NCBI GenBank assembly: GCA_964385355.1
Contig: CAYLOO010000005.1
Span: forward strand, 1,850-65,849
Direction of reading: 5' to 3'
DNA from: an uncultured Anaerolineaceae bacterium
GTDB lineage: Bacteria > Chloroflexota > Anaerolineae > Anaerolineales > E44-bin32
Length of the DNA: 64,000 nucleotides
The translations under genes were made by a program, and so were the position numbers. Shown here piece by piece: positions 1 to 8,847 of this stretch; position 1 is the first letter of the stretch; each line of letters opens with the position of its first letter. Under the pieces are notes generated by a model. The model worked only from the letters and a program-made list of their open reading frames with translations, was not told the DNA's origin and searched no databases.

Positions 1-500
1 TCGAGGTTGACCTGAACTGATTCCATATCCAGAGGCGTTCCGATGTAGAAGTGCTCATCGTCCTCCTCCCCAAATACGCGGGCGACATCCTGCGCCGTTG
101 CCTCAAAGATGGCTGAGAAATGAGAGGGGATCGTTTTAATGGGGCGGGGCTGATCGTCCTCCTCATCAAGCATTAACATCGGACTGACGTGAAGCGTCGC
201 GTAGGCCACCCCGCCGGAGTATACATCGAGAAGGAAAGTATCCGACGCATCGGGCGGATGATGCAGTAGATCAGGCGTTGTTGCTCCGAGAGCGATATCG
301 GTGATAATCCCAAAAAAAGTGCTGCCGGTATTTCGGCTTTGGATGACGACATATCGGCCCACGGCGAGTTTCTCGATAGCATATCGCGGGTCTAATTTCA
401 CCTGCAGGCCTGTGGAGAGCGACCCGTCAAGGACAATCCCGAGAGGGCGTTCATCTCGTTTGGGACCGAAATAGGCGTCGAGTTCAGAAGAGTCTGGCAT
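1..500 (-). CDS. herA: HerA-family helicase/ATPase (N-terminal HAS barrel); gene runs off the window edge
   Basis: Not in the ORF track. Manual translation from ATG at 500 gives MPDSSELDAYFGPKRDERPLGIVLDGSLSTGLQVKL...GRYVVIQSRNTGSTFFGIITDI...HFYIGTPLDMESVQVNL, open to position 1. This is a HAS-barrel-like start and the gene is last in a nurA operon. The ATPase motifs lie outside the window. Confidence 0.8.
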   Translation of the reverse strand, partial: MPDSSELDAYFGPKRDERPLGIVLDGSLSTGLQVKLDPRYAIEKLAVGRYVVIQSRNTGSTFFGIITDIALGATTPDLLHHPPDASDTFLLDVYSGGVAYATLHVSPMLMLDEEDDQPRPIKTIPSHFSAIFEATAQDVARVFGEEDDEHFYIGTPLDMESVQVNL

Positions 501-555
501 TTATCGTCCTCATAAGTTCACTGTCGCTGGTTGGGGGGGCGCGGTCATGGATAGT

Positions 556-1161
556 TCATTCCTTTGCATGCAGTCCGCGCAGGATGTTCTCGAGGCGAGT
601 GAGGTCCTGTGCGAGCAAACGGGCGACTTCGCGACCGGCTTGAAGCAGAAATCGCTCGCGTTCTTCTTCAGGTCTCGCTTGCGCAGATAACCGCAAAGCG
701 GTTGTTAGAAGTTCATCAACAGGGAGTTGAGGCGCGTTCAGAATCGTCTGCAGGAAATGAAACTGCGAGGTGAAATCAACCGCGTCTCCAGGCGCCATAC
801 TGTAAATCGAAGCCAGTGTAAGCGGTGGTTGTGGGGGCAGGGATTGATGAAATCCCTCATCATCGTTGAAGCCGACGGCCAAAGCGCTGAATTCAACGGG
901 AACCTGGCGGTTGAGCTGTCCATCCGCTATTTGTTCTTGCGGAACTTCATCGAGCGCAGCCAGCTGCCGGGCAAACTGGTCATCCGTGATGCTGATGTCG
1001 TACACCAGCCCTACAACGTGACTGCGTCCGCCTTGCGCTTCCGACTGACAAAGAGAGCCGAACACAGGGAGCGCGTTCTCGGATATCTGCATGGCGCCCA
1101 CGAAACCACGTGTACCGCAGCGTGTCACCCGTCCGATCATCATTGGCGATTCCGGCATCAA
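556..1161 (-). CDS. Stand-alone HAS-barrel-like protein of the nurA-herA operon
   Basis: N-terminus IGRVTRCGTRGFVGAM...VVGLVYDISI resembles a HAS barrel; lies between nurA and herA on the same strand. Confidence 0.65.
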   Translation of the reverse strand: MMPESPMMIGRVTRCGTRGFVGAMQISENALPVFGSLCQSEAQGGRSHVVGLVYDISITDDQFARQLAALDEVPQEQIADGQLNRQVPVEFSALAVGFNDDEGFHQSLPPQPPLTLASIYSMAPGDAVDFTSQFHFLQTILNAPQLPVDELLTTALRLSAQARPEEERERFLLQAGREVARLLAQDLTRLENILRGLHAKE

Positions 1162-1169
1162 TCCTCCTG

Positions 1170-2354
1170 TTATAACCTGTGTTGTTTCCGCTGTCCGGTG
1201 AGTTGTTTTGTAAGCGCTTTTTGAGATTGTGTAGGGCGCAGACCGTGCCCGAGGAGTGTCCTTTGCAGCATTTCCTCGAACGCAGCTCGCTCTTGGGGAG
1301 GGATAACCGCCAGTTCATGGGCTCGCACCAGCGTATATGGGAACCCTCCCGTCGTCTGGCAATCCTGCAAAATGCCAGCATGAACGCGATTGAGCAGTTC
1401 GGGGTCTTGCGCGACCCAGGTCGGGATTTCGACTCGCACAACCGTGTCATCGGCGTCAGTCTTCAGATAGAAGAAATGGACTTCATGACCGGCTGTGCGG
1501 AAGTCGCGATTTAAGGGTGATGCAGAAATGAAGAGTGCGCTGCGATGACCGGGCGGCAGCAACTTGGTGAAAATCGCGCGGTCCGTTAAGCCGCGGAAGG
1601 GAGTCAGGCGCACAGTATCCTGTGTAATTTGATCGTTTGGCAGCCCGGCAAGGTGGATCAAGGCAAGCACGCTTACACTCCGGGGGCGGTCGATGAAACC
1701 TGCCAGACCAGCCTCCGAGGAGTGCAGACGGTCGAGCAGTTTCAGATACTGCTGGAGGGTTCGATCCGTCTCCCGCGATGTTGATCCGCCGGTTTGCAGC
1801 GCCATCCACAGTAGAAGGCTGTTGTCTAGAATTGCGAGAGTCTGTTCACTAGCCAGGCTTTCAGCCCGTTCTGCGAGAGTTTTCATCTCGGCGACATCAC
1901 GCCGCAGGTTTACATAAGCATTCTGGACAGGATGACCTGCTTCGTCATAAAGGTCTTCAAGTTTATAAAAGAGCTTGGATTCCTGTTGGATCGTGGGGGC
2001 TTCGCCGCTGCCGTGTGAAACGACGATGCTGCCTATATTAATAAGGTAATAAAAAGCGGCTGCGTGGCGATCCGGATAGATCTGTGAGCCATCAGCGCCG
2101 ATGACGTGGAGACTCTGCGGGGTTGCAGGCGATGGGAATGTCAGATTGAGCGTTTCTCCGGTAGGGATTGCACCTGTCCAGCGGTTCCCCGCCTTCTTAA
2201 TCTTGGATTGAAGGTCGGAGTGATCGAGTTCGGCCGTGAGGTGCAGCGCTTTAATGGCTTTTGGGATCGTCGCGGACAACTCCAGACTCCGCTCGTAGAG
2301 GGCTTGGCCGAACTCTTGCATCTGAGGAAGTAAGGAAGGCAGATGGATTCCCAT
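1170..2354 (-). CDS. nurA: NurA-family DNA double-strand-break repair nuclease
   Basis: Motifs VIGADGSQI, LAILDNSL and GFPYTLVRAHE. The track ORF starts at TTG 2384; ATG 2354 is preferred because the -10 box overlaps 2384. Confidence 0.88.
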   Translation of the reverse strand: MGIHLPSLLPQMQEFGQALYERSLELSATIPKAIKALHLTAELDHSDLQSKIKKAGNRWTGAIPTGETLNLTFPSPATPQSLHVIGADGSQIYPDRHAAAFYYLINIGSIVVSHGSGEAPTIQQESKLFYKLEDLYDEAGHPVQNAYVNLRRDVAEMKTLAERAESLASEQTLAILDNSLLLWMALQTGGSTSRETDRTLQQYLKLLDRLHSSEAGLAGFIDRPRSVSVLALIHLAGLPNDQITQDTVRLTPFRGLTDRAIFTKLLPPGHRSALFISASPLNRDFRTAGHEVHFFYLKTDADDTVVRVEIPTWVAQDPELLNRVHAGILQDCQTTGGFPYTLVRAHELAVIPPQERAAFEEMLQRTLLGHGLRPTQSQKALTKQLTGQRKQHRL

Positions 2355-2367
2355 AGTGTTTGTCTTT

Positions 2368-2381
2368 CGAACAACTGTTCG
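2368..2381. promoter_or_regulatory. LexA (Cheo-type) box CGAAC-AACT-GTTCG in the nurA promoter
   Basis: Perfect GAAC-N4-GTTC directly downstream of a minus-strand -10 TATAAT (2384-2389); candidate -35 TTGCCT at 2406-2411 with a 16-nt spacer. Confidence 0.8.
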
Positions 2382-2534
2382 CAATTATAGCCTAAGACCA
2401 AGTGAAGGCAATCTCATTCGCTTGACCCGCACAATACCGCGGTCTACAATCGAGCGGTGTGGTTGCTCTCCCCTATCTGTGTAGTGGGGCATGGTTGTTT
2501 TCGGCGCGCGCTGAATATGCTATACTGCGCGGCG

Positions 2535-2786
2535 ATGAATGGAAGGTTCAAGGTGCAGAGAAGACTTGCTCGAATTCTTCGTCAATCTGGGCTGGGCGGC
2601 TTAGTCGCAGCCTTTCTCGACGCTGGCGGGCCAATTTTGCCATTGGGCGCTCAAGCGGCGTATCTACTCAATCCCTTTATGGGCGGTTCTTCTGGAACAT
2701 GGAATGAATTCGGCAAAATATTGGAAGATCCGGACGCCATCGCGGAACTGATCGTAATGCTCAGAAAGAAGGAAGATACCCGATGA
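2535..2786 (+). CDS. Small hypothetical protein, first gene of the GlmL-like operon (probably leaderless)
   Basis: In frame with track ORF 2457..2786; TGcTATACT lies 8 nt before ATG 2535; stop overlaps the next start (ATGA). Confidence 0.6.
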   Translation: MNGRFKVQRRLARILRQSGLGGLVAAFLDAGGPILPLGAQAAYLLNPFMGGSSGTWNEFGKILEDPDAIAELIVMLRKKEDTR

Positions 2787-3532
2787 GTGGCGTGGATCTC
2801 ACCGGTCTCTCTATCCTGCTGCTGTTCGTCGGTCTTCTGATTATCTTTATGGCCGTCGATAGCCGGCGGCCTGCGACTTTCAGGCCCATCAGAGGCTACG
2901 AAGCACTTAAGGGAGCGATAGAGCGAGCGGTCGAGGCAGGGGAGCGAGTTCACTTGTCGCTCGGAACAGGCTCGGTCATCGGGACCGATTGCGCGCCTGC
3001 GCTGGCTGGGCTGGCGATCCTGACAAGCATCGCTGAGTCGACGACGATGAGTGATAAACCAGTTGTCGCTACAACCGGGGACGGGGCGATGGCAATATTA
3101 GCACAGGATACCTTGCGCAGGGTGTATTCCGAGGCTAGAGCTTTGCCCCGGTATAGTCCCACCTCCGGGCGAATGCTAGGGCCCACCCCATTTTCTTATG
3201 TTGCTAATATACCGATACTGCTGGCTAGTGAAGACATCTCCGTGCACGTACTGGCCGGCTCCTTCGGCGCAGAAGGAGCATTGGCAGCCGATTTTGGTGA
3301 GCGCCAGGGGGCTTTTGTCTTAGCGGGGACGGATGACGCACAGTCACAAGCCTTGCTTTATGCGACCGCTGAGCATCCGTTGATCGGAGAGGAAATCTTT
3401 GCCGGTGGAGCGTACCTGAATGTGGGGCGGGTTCACAGGGCAAGTTTGAGAGTGCAAGATGCTGTGCGGATGCTCATTATTGCAGGGATCATTATCGGCA
3501 CAGTTCTTAGCCTTCTGGGAGTGATCCGTTGA
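2783..3532 (+). CDS. DUF6754-like membrane protein (N-terminal TM, soluble domain, C-terminal TM)
   Basis: FRPIRGYEALKGAIERAVEAG, AGTDDAQSQALLYATAEHPLIGEEIFAGGAYL and LRVQDAVR match my recollection of the DUF6754 pattern. Confidence 0.75.
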   Translation: MSGVDLTGLSILLLFVGLLIIFMAVDSRRPATFRPIRGYEALKGAIERAVEAGERVHLSLGTGSVIGTDCAPALAGLAILTSIAESTTMSDKPVVATTGDGAMAILAQDTLRRVYSEARALPRYSPTSGRMLGPTPFSYVANIPILLASEDISVHVLAGSFGAEGALAADFGERQGAFVLAGTDDAQSQALLYATAEHPLIGEEIFAGGAYLNVGRVHRASLRVQDAVRMLIIAGIIIGTVLSLLGVIR

Positions 3533-4191
3533 AGATCGGAACCTATTTGTTATGGGCGGCTATGGCCGTCGGTACTGGGATCATCGTCCTGTTGGGTTAC
3601 TTCGTTCAGATCGATCAAATTCCCGCGGATAGTCTCATTGGTAATATCTTCGAATTACGCCTGTTGATCATGGGTTGGGCGGTCTTACTGGCGGCAGTCG
3701 CCTTAGGCATCGGCCTTTTTAATTTGTTCTTGGTTCACTGGATGAAGGTCAGTGCCCAGAGACCTGGATGGAAGTATAGTGCGGTATTAATCGTTGCCTT
3801 TGTGCTCACGCTCCTTCTGGGTTTGATAATAGGACCCGATAGTCGAGTGGTCCTGTTCCTCTTCAATTCCATTCAGTTACCAGTTGAGGCAAGCTTGATG
3901 GCCTTGCTGGCAATCACATTATCGCTGGCTGGTTTTCGCTTGGTGGCGCAGAGACGAGATCTCATAAGCCTCGTCTTCGTTGGAACCGCGCTGCTAGTAT
4001 TGATCGGTTCCGGCCCCGGCATATTATCTGCGGAGGGTCTGTTCTTCAGTTTCTTTGCTGGCCTGAGAAATTGGCTGGTGCAGGTAGCTGCCGCTGGAGG
4101 TGCGCGCGGCATCCTCCTCGGAGTAGCCCTGGGATCCATCGTGACGGGTCTCCGTGTTTTGCTGGCCGTTGACCGGCCATACGGGGAATAA
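3529..4191 (+). CDS. Polytopic membrane protein (about 6 TM), GlmL-like operon
   Basis: Multiple hydrophobic segments; C-terminus GGARGILLGVALGSIVTGLRVLLAVDRPY; TTG start overlaps the upstream stop. Confidence 0.8.
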   Translation: MKIGTYLLWAAMAVGTGIIVLLGYFVQIDQIPADSLIGNIFELRLLIMGWAVLLAAVALGIGLFNLFLVHWMKVSAQRPGWKYSAVLIVAFVLTLLLGLIIGPDSRVVLFLFNSIQLPVEASLMALLAITLSLAGFRLVAQRRDLISLVFVGTALLVLIGSGPGILSAEGLFFSFFAGLRNWLVQVAAAGGARGILLGVALGSIVTGLRVLLAVDRPYGE

Positions 4192-4194
4192 TGT

Positions 4195-6306
4195 ATGGCT
4201 GAAAATCGCTGTCCCATGTGTAGCACCATGAATCAGGAAACTGCAGAGGTCTGCAGTAATTGCGGAGCGCGCCTGAAGCCGCTTGTCTTCGAAACGCCGC
4301 CTTCGGATCAACAGGAACCTGCTGCGGAGGGGATTTCACCTCCAGCCACAGAAGCGTCCGGTGATGGGGATGATTGGCTGGCGAACATCCGCTCCGATGC
4401 AATAATGGGTTCGGGTGTGGATGATCATGCAGCGGAAACGGACGCAGCGGATGATGCTGCGCCAGACTGGCTGGGAAGGTTGCGGGAAGCTGATTCGAGT
4501 CTCGAGGAAGGGCCTCCTTCAGAAGAAATACCCGACTGGATGGATGATTTCTTAGCCGCTGGCGAGGAAGTTACTGATGAGGAAGTTCCGGAGTGGCTTT
4601 CACGGGTTCGAGAGCGAAGGGAAGCTCAGACGGAAGGCCAGCCGGAGTCAGACGAGGGAGAAGATTGGATCACGCGTTTACGGGATGACACACCCGATGA
4701 GCGGCGAGCCGGCGTAGAAGGTCTCAAGCCTTCTGCAGATGAAGATGAATCAATCGAACAGCCAGCGCCACGAGCATTGGATCCCAGCCCGCCGCCAGAT
4801 GTACCTGATCCGGTACCTCAAGACGAGATATTGCCGGAAGAAGCGACCCCTTCACACGAAGTCGGCGCCAGCGCACCAGCACTGGACAGGCTTGATGAAG
4901 ATCCCCAACCCGCCGTGGGGGAGCCCATGCCTCCTGAGGGGGAGATGGAATGGTTCCCCGTCCCGGATGAGAGTGAATTGTTGGATGCGAAAGGGCTCCC
5001 GCATGTCCCCGCCTTACTCGACGAAGAGACCGGGGAGAAGCCCCTCAGCGACATCAGTGATTTAAACATGGATTCAATAGAACTCCCGGATTGGCTGGGA
5101 GAATCGAAATCAGAGACTCCATCAGTGGCAGGAGAGGAAGACGAGAAACCTGACCTGGCACCGGCAACGCTTCCATCCTGGCTTGAAGCTATGCGGCCGG
5201 TTGACACTTTCCGTTCAGAGATAGCGATTGAATCAGATGAAGTGCAGCCGGTTGAATCAGCGGGACCGCTTACTGGATTGCGCGGAGTATTAATGGCTGA
5301 GCCGGTAGTCGCCATGCCGCGAACGGCGAGCACTGCAGCTGCTCGATTAGAAGTTACCGAACGTCAATACGCCCAAGCCGAATTACTGCAGCGTCTTGTT
5401 GAAGAAGAGGAGAGGGAGATCCCGCCCGTAAGGGCAGAGAAACGCAGGCTGCCTCTCATGCGTTGGGCGATAGCTCTCATCCTGCTTCTCGCTGTGATTC
5501 TGCCATTCGGTTTCAAACAGCTTGGTGTTGAAGGTTACGCCCTCCCGAGTGTGGTATCAAGGGACCTCGCACCCTTGATCGATCTTATCGGCAATATACC
5601 TACGGACCGCCCAGCTCTGGTTGTATTCGATTACACACCTGGTTACAGTGGTGAACTCGATACGGTCGCCGGCGCGTTGCTTGAACATGCAGTAATGCGC
5701 TCCCTCCCAATCGTAACCGTTTCGACCCGCCCAACGGGACCACCACTGGCGGAGGGATTGCTAAATAAAATCGGAGCCAGTTACGGTGCGGTAAATGGCG
5801 AGAACTATTTGCACCTGGGCTATCTCTCCGGAGGACCGACTGCGGTTCAATTATTTGCGATTGCCCCCCGCAGCGTAGTTTTGTCTGGGTACCATCTTCC
5901 CGAATCACTTTCTGAAGGATCGGTTTGGGAATCACCTTTGCTCCAGGGAGTGCACAGGTTATCGGATTTCAATCTGGTCATCGTCATAACGGCAGGAACA
6001 GATACAGCACGTACATGGGTGGAACAGACCCAATCATGGATTGGGGATACTCCTCTGGTGATGGTGTTGAGCGCTGGAGCGGAACCGCTTGTGCGCCCTT
6101 ACTTTGAAGCCTCCGAGCCGCAGGTGGATGGAATCCTTACCGGATTACCGGCGGCCGTATCGTATCGGCAGTACAGCGGGCTGCCGCTTGATACGGGTGC
6201 GCAATGGGATGCTTTTGGGATAGGGATGTTGGCCATTGAATTAATCTTGATCGCAGGTGGAGCCTATGGAATTGGTTTGTGGCTCATACGTTTGCGAGAG
6301 CGTTGA
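4195..6306 (+). CDS. Zn-ribbon + acidic Trp-motif linker + TM + folded domain + C-terminal TM protein
   Basis: CPMC...CSNC; repeated (P)DW(L/I/M) motifs in a D/E/P-rich linker; TM WAIALILLLAVILPF; domain VFDYTPGYSGEL...YLHLGYLSGG. Confidence 0.85.
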   Translation: MAENRCPMCSTMNQETAEVCSNCGARLKPLVFETPPSDQQEPAAEGISPPATEASGDGDDWLANIRSDAIMGSGVDDHAAETDAADDAAPDWLGRLREADSSLEEGPPSEEIPDWMDDFLAAGEEVTDEEVPEWLSRVRERREAQTEGQPESDEGEDWITRLRDDTPDERRAGVEGLKPSADEDESIEQPAPRALDPSPPPDVPDPVPQDEILPEEATPSHEVGASAPALDRLDEDPQPAVGEPMPPEGEMEWFPVPDESELLDAKGLPHVPALLDEETGEKPLSDISDLNMDSIELPDWLGESKSETPSVAGEEDEKPDLAPATLPSWLEAMRPVDTFRSEIAIESDEVQPVESAGPLTGLRGVLMAEPVVAMPRTASTAAARLEVTERQYAQAELLQRLVEEEEREIPPVRAEKRRLPLMRWAIALILLLAVILPFGFKQLGVEGYALPSVVSRDLAPLIDLIGNIPTDRPALVVFDYTPGYSGELDTVAGALLEHAVMRSLPIVTVSTRPTGPPLAEGLLNKIGASYGAVNGENYLHLGYLSGGPTAVQLFAIAPRSVVLSGYHLPESLSEGSVWESPLLQGVHRLSDFNLVIVITAGTDTARTWVEQTQSWIGDTPLVMVLSAGAEPLVRPYFEASEPQVDGILTGLPAAVSYRQYSGLPLDTGAQWDAFGIGMLAIELILIAGGAYGIGLWLIRLRER

Positions 6307-6323
6307 GGAGAGGCAATAAGTAA

Positions 6324-7049
6324 ATGCCCGAGGTACCGCTCGATTTCATCCAAATGATCGTTGCTGCATTCATCACAGTGATGATCTTGAGCTACGTGAT
6401 AGGCGACAACGTCCTTTTCCGAATTGCGACCTATTTATTCATCGGCATCGCTTCTGGGTTCGCCGGCGCCATCGCCTGGGAAAATATTGTCAAACCTACA
6501 CTTGTTCAGCCGCTCATTAGTGATGGGCTAGCCAAACTGTTTTCGCCCGAGGGGGCACTCACGTTCCTGATTCCGTGGATGCTCGCGCTGTTCATGCTAT
6601 TTAAGCTCTCTCCCCGGCTGTCACGATTTGGGGGTTTCCCGGTTGCGCTTCTTGTTGGCGTAGGGGCAGCGGTCGTAGTGGGCGGAAGTATTACGGGGAC
6701 GTTGGTGCCGCAGAGCTTGGCCACAGCAGGCACGCTGTCACCGGCTAATGCCCTTCCTGCCGCAGGCGAGCCTCTGTCTGTATGGTTGGAACGGCTCATT
6801 AGCGCGTTGTTAATGATCGCGGCGACAATCAGTGTATTGATATATTTCCGCTTCAGCGCCAAGCGGGATTTAACAGGGGGAGCGCGGCGATCACGGATCG
6901 CCGAAGTATTTGCATATCTTGGTCAGGTCTTCATCGCTGTAACATTTGGCGTGATGTATGCTGGTGCGCTGATGGCGACGATCGTCGTATTGGCGCAGCG
7001 ATTTCAATTCCTTCATGATGTGGTCACCCGAATAATGGGTGGGGCATGA
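6324..7049 (+). CDS. Polytopic membrane protein (about 6 TM), GlmL-like operon
   Basis: IVAAFITVMILSYVIGDNVLFRIATYLFIGIASG and further hydrophobic helices; SD-like GAGGAG upstream. Confidence 0.85.
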   Translation: MPEVPLDFIQMIVAAFITVMILSYVIGDNVLFRIATYLFIGIASGFAGAIAWENIVKPTLVQPLISDGLAKLFSPEGALTFLIPWMLALFMLFKLSPRLSRFGGFPVALLVGVGAAVVVGGSITGTLVPQSLATAGTLSPANALPAAGEPLSVWLERLISALLMIAATISVLIYFRFSAKRDLTGGARRSRIAEVFAYLGQVFIAVTFGVMYAGALMATIVVLAQRFQFLHDVVTRIMGGA

Positions 7050-7056
7050 GAAACCG

Positions 7057-8817
7057 ATGAGCACGATACCAGACGCCGATACCATATTGGCTGTCGACGT
7101 GGGCAGCGTGAGCACCCGCGCCAGCCTCTTCGATGTCGTCGATGGCCACTTTCGCTTGATCGCTTCAGGTCGTGCGCCATCAACTGTCAAAGCGCCTTTG
7201 TCCGATATTAGCGAGGGCGTGCGAATGGCTCTCGACCAGGTGAAGGCCATTACGGGAAGGAAACTACTGGACGATACGGATTTGTTGATCATGCCCGTCA
7301 CCAGCAGAGGATCGGGAGTAGATACTTTTGTGGCGACGGCTTCAGCGGGACCGAAGGTTCGAACGGTGCTTGTGGGGCTGATGCCCGGAGTCTCAACAGA
7401 GAGCGCATTGCGGCTCGCCGATTCGACATATTTGGATCTTGTAGGTGTCATTGACCTGCTCGACAGCCGACATGAATCGGAGAAAATTGATCTCATCCTA
7501 TCTGCCCGTCCGGATTTAATCCTTGTTGTCGGCGGGACGGATGGCGGAGCGCAGGATTCCGTTCTGCAATTAATCGAACTCGTCGCTGTCGCCAGTGAGC
7601 TTATCTCCCCGAATCAAAGACCACGGATCGTATACGCGGGCAATCGCAATCTGGGTGCCGCGATCGCTGACCGCATGGGTGAGCGCCTCGATATCGCTCT
7701 TGCACCGAATGTAAGACCCAGTCTTCGAGTGGAGGACCTTGGGCATGCCCGGCTGGCACTCGGCGAAGCGATCGCCGAAGCGCGTAATAAACGTGTGCAC
7801 GGTTTTGATGAATTGGAACAATGGTCCGGCGGTACCATGATGCTCACCGCCGACGCGTATGGACGTGTGATCCGTTATTTAAGCCGCATCTATGATCCAG
7901 CGAAGGGCGTTCTCGGTGTGGATGTAGGCGCAACAAATACGATGATCGCCGCAGCATTCGAGGGAGATCTGCGCTTGAGTGTTGAGACCAATCTGGGATT
8001 AGGGGAACCCTTGCCGACTTTGCTCCGGCATAGCAGTCTCAGCGACATTGCCCGTTGGCTGCCATACGAAATATCGGAACGGGCGATCTTGGATTACATC
8101 TATAACAAATCGATTAACCCGGCAACCGTTCCAACAGAAGAGGCGGATCTTCATCTTGAATTAGCGTTGGCGCGTGAGATCCTTCGGCTTTCATTAAAAC
8201 GCGCTCGCAAACGCTGGCCCAAGGGCAGAGATATCAAATCAACCTGGTTGATGCCTCCCGTAGAACCGGTTATCGCCAGTGGAAGTGTCTTGGCAAGAGC
8301 TCCTCGACCAGGATATGCCGCACTAGCATTGCTGGATGCCTTACAGCCAACGGGGATCACAACGCTTGTGCTCGACCCGCATGGTCTCTCCCCCTCGCTT
8401 GGCGCCGCGTCAGGGTCGGTCCCAATGCTGACTGTCCATGTCTTAGAATCCGGGAGTTTCGTGAGTCTGGGGACGGTCGTGGCGCCGGTAGGGAGTGCAC
8501 GGATGGGACGCAAGGTTCTCAGTCTGCACCTCGAACTTGAGCAAAGTAGCGAGGATGTTGTTGGCGAGATTCGAATGGGCCAGCTTGCAGTTGTCCCGAT
8601 CCGGCAAGGGGAGCATGCTCACCTTACCCTCAGACCTGAACGAGGAATCGATGTCGGCTTCGGAGGACCTGGGAAAGCAGGTGCGCTGCGTATTGCCGGT
8701 GGGGCCGTTGGTTTGATCATCGACGCCCGCGGGCGTCCGCTTGTGCTTGCCAAAGAACCTGATCGCCGCCGCGAGTTGAATAAGAAGTGGTTGTATGATA
8801 TCGGAGCCGTGGTATGA
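7057..8817 (+). CDS. GlmL ('glutamate mutase L')-family ASKHA/actin-fold ATPase with C-terminal extension
   Basis: Phosphate-1 LAVDVGSVSTR, TASAGPK, VVGGTDGG, phosphate-2 GVDVGATNT, VIASGSVL; the track ORF begins at 7039. Confidence 0.85.
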   Translation: MSTIPDADTILAVDVGSVSTRASLFDVVDGHFRLIASGRAPSTVKAPLSDISEGVRMALDQVKAITGRKLLDDTDLLIMPVTSRGSGVDTFVATASAGPKVRTVLVGLMPGVSTESALRLADSTYLDLVGVIDLLDSRHESEKIDLILSARPDLILVVGGTDGGAQDSVLQLIELVAVASELISPNQRPRIVYAGNRNLGAAIADRMGERLDIALAPNVRPSLRVEDLGHARLALGEAIAEARNKRVHGFDELEQWSGGTMMLTADAYGRVIRYLSRIYDPAKGVLGVDVGATNTMIAAAFEGDLRLSVETNLGLGEPLPTLLRHSSLSDIARWLPYEISERAILDYIYNKSINPATVPTEEADLHLELALAREILRLSLKRARKRWPKGRDIKSTWLMPPVEPVIASGSVLARAPRPGYAALALLDALQPTGITTLVLDPHGLSPSLGAASGSVPMLTVHVLESGSFVSLGTVVAPVGSARMGRKVLSLHLELEQSSEDVVGEIRMGQLAVVPIRQGEHAHLTLRPERGIDVGFGGPGKAGALRIAGGAVGLIIDARGRPLVLAKEPDRRRELNKKWLYDIGAVV

Positions 8818-8847
8818 GGTATTGGCATCATTCTTGCACCATCAGGC

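Noticed and set aside
727-1224. Plus-strand 165-aa ORF, representative of the many antisense track ORFs (for example 40162..40989, 45124..45705, 9514..10104)
   Set aside because: These are shadow frames of well-supported opposite-strand genes, with no motifs or RBS.
1-2354. HerA-based anti-phage defence system (Sir2-HerA or DUF4297-HerA type)
   Set aside because: The partner is a NurA nuclease with a LexA box in core-genome context, so DNA repair is more parsimonious.
7057-8817. Reading this gene as mismatch-repair MutL, or as evidence of a glutamate fermentation pathway
   Set aside because: The motifs are ASKHA, not GHKL; no glutamate mutase or methylaspartase genes are in the window.
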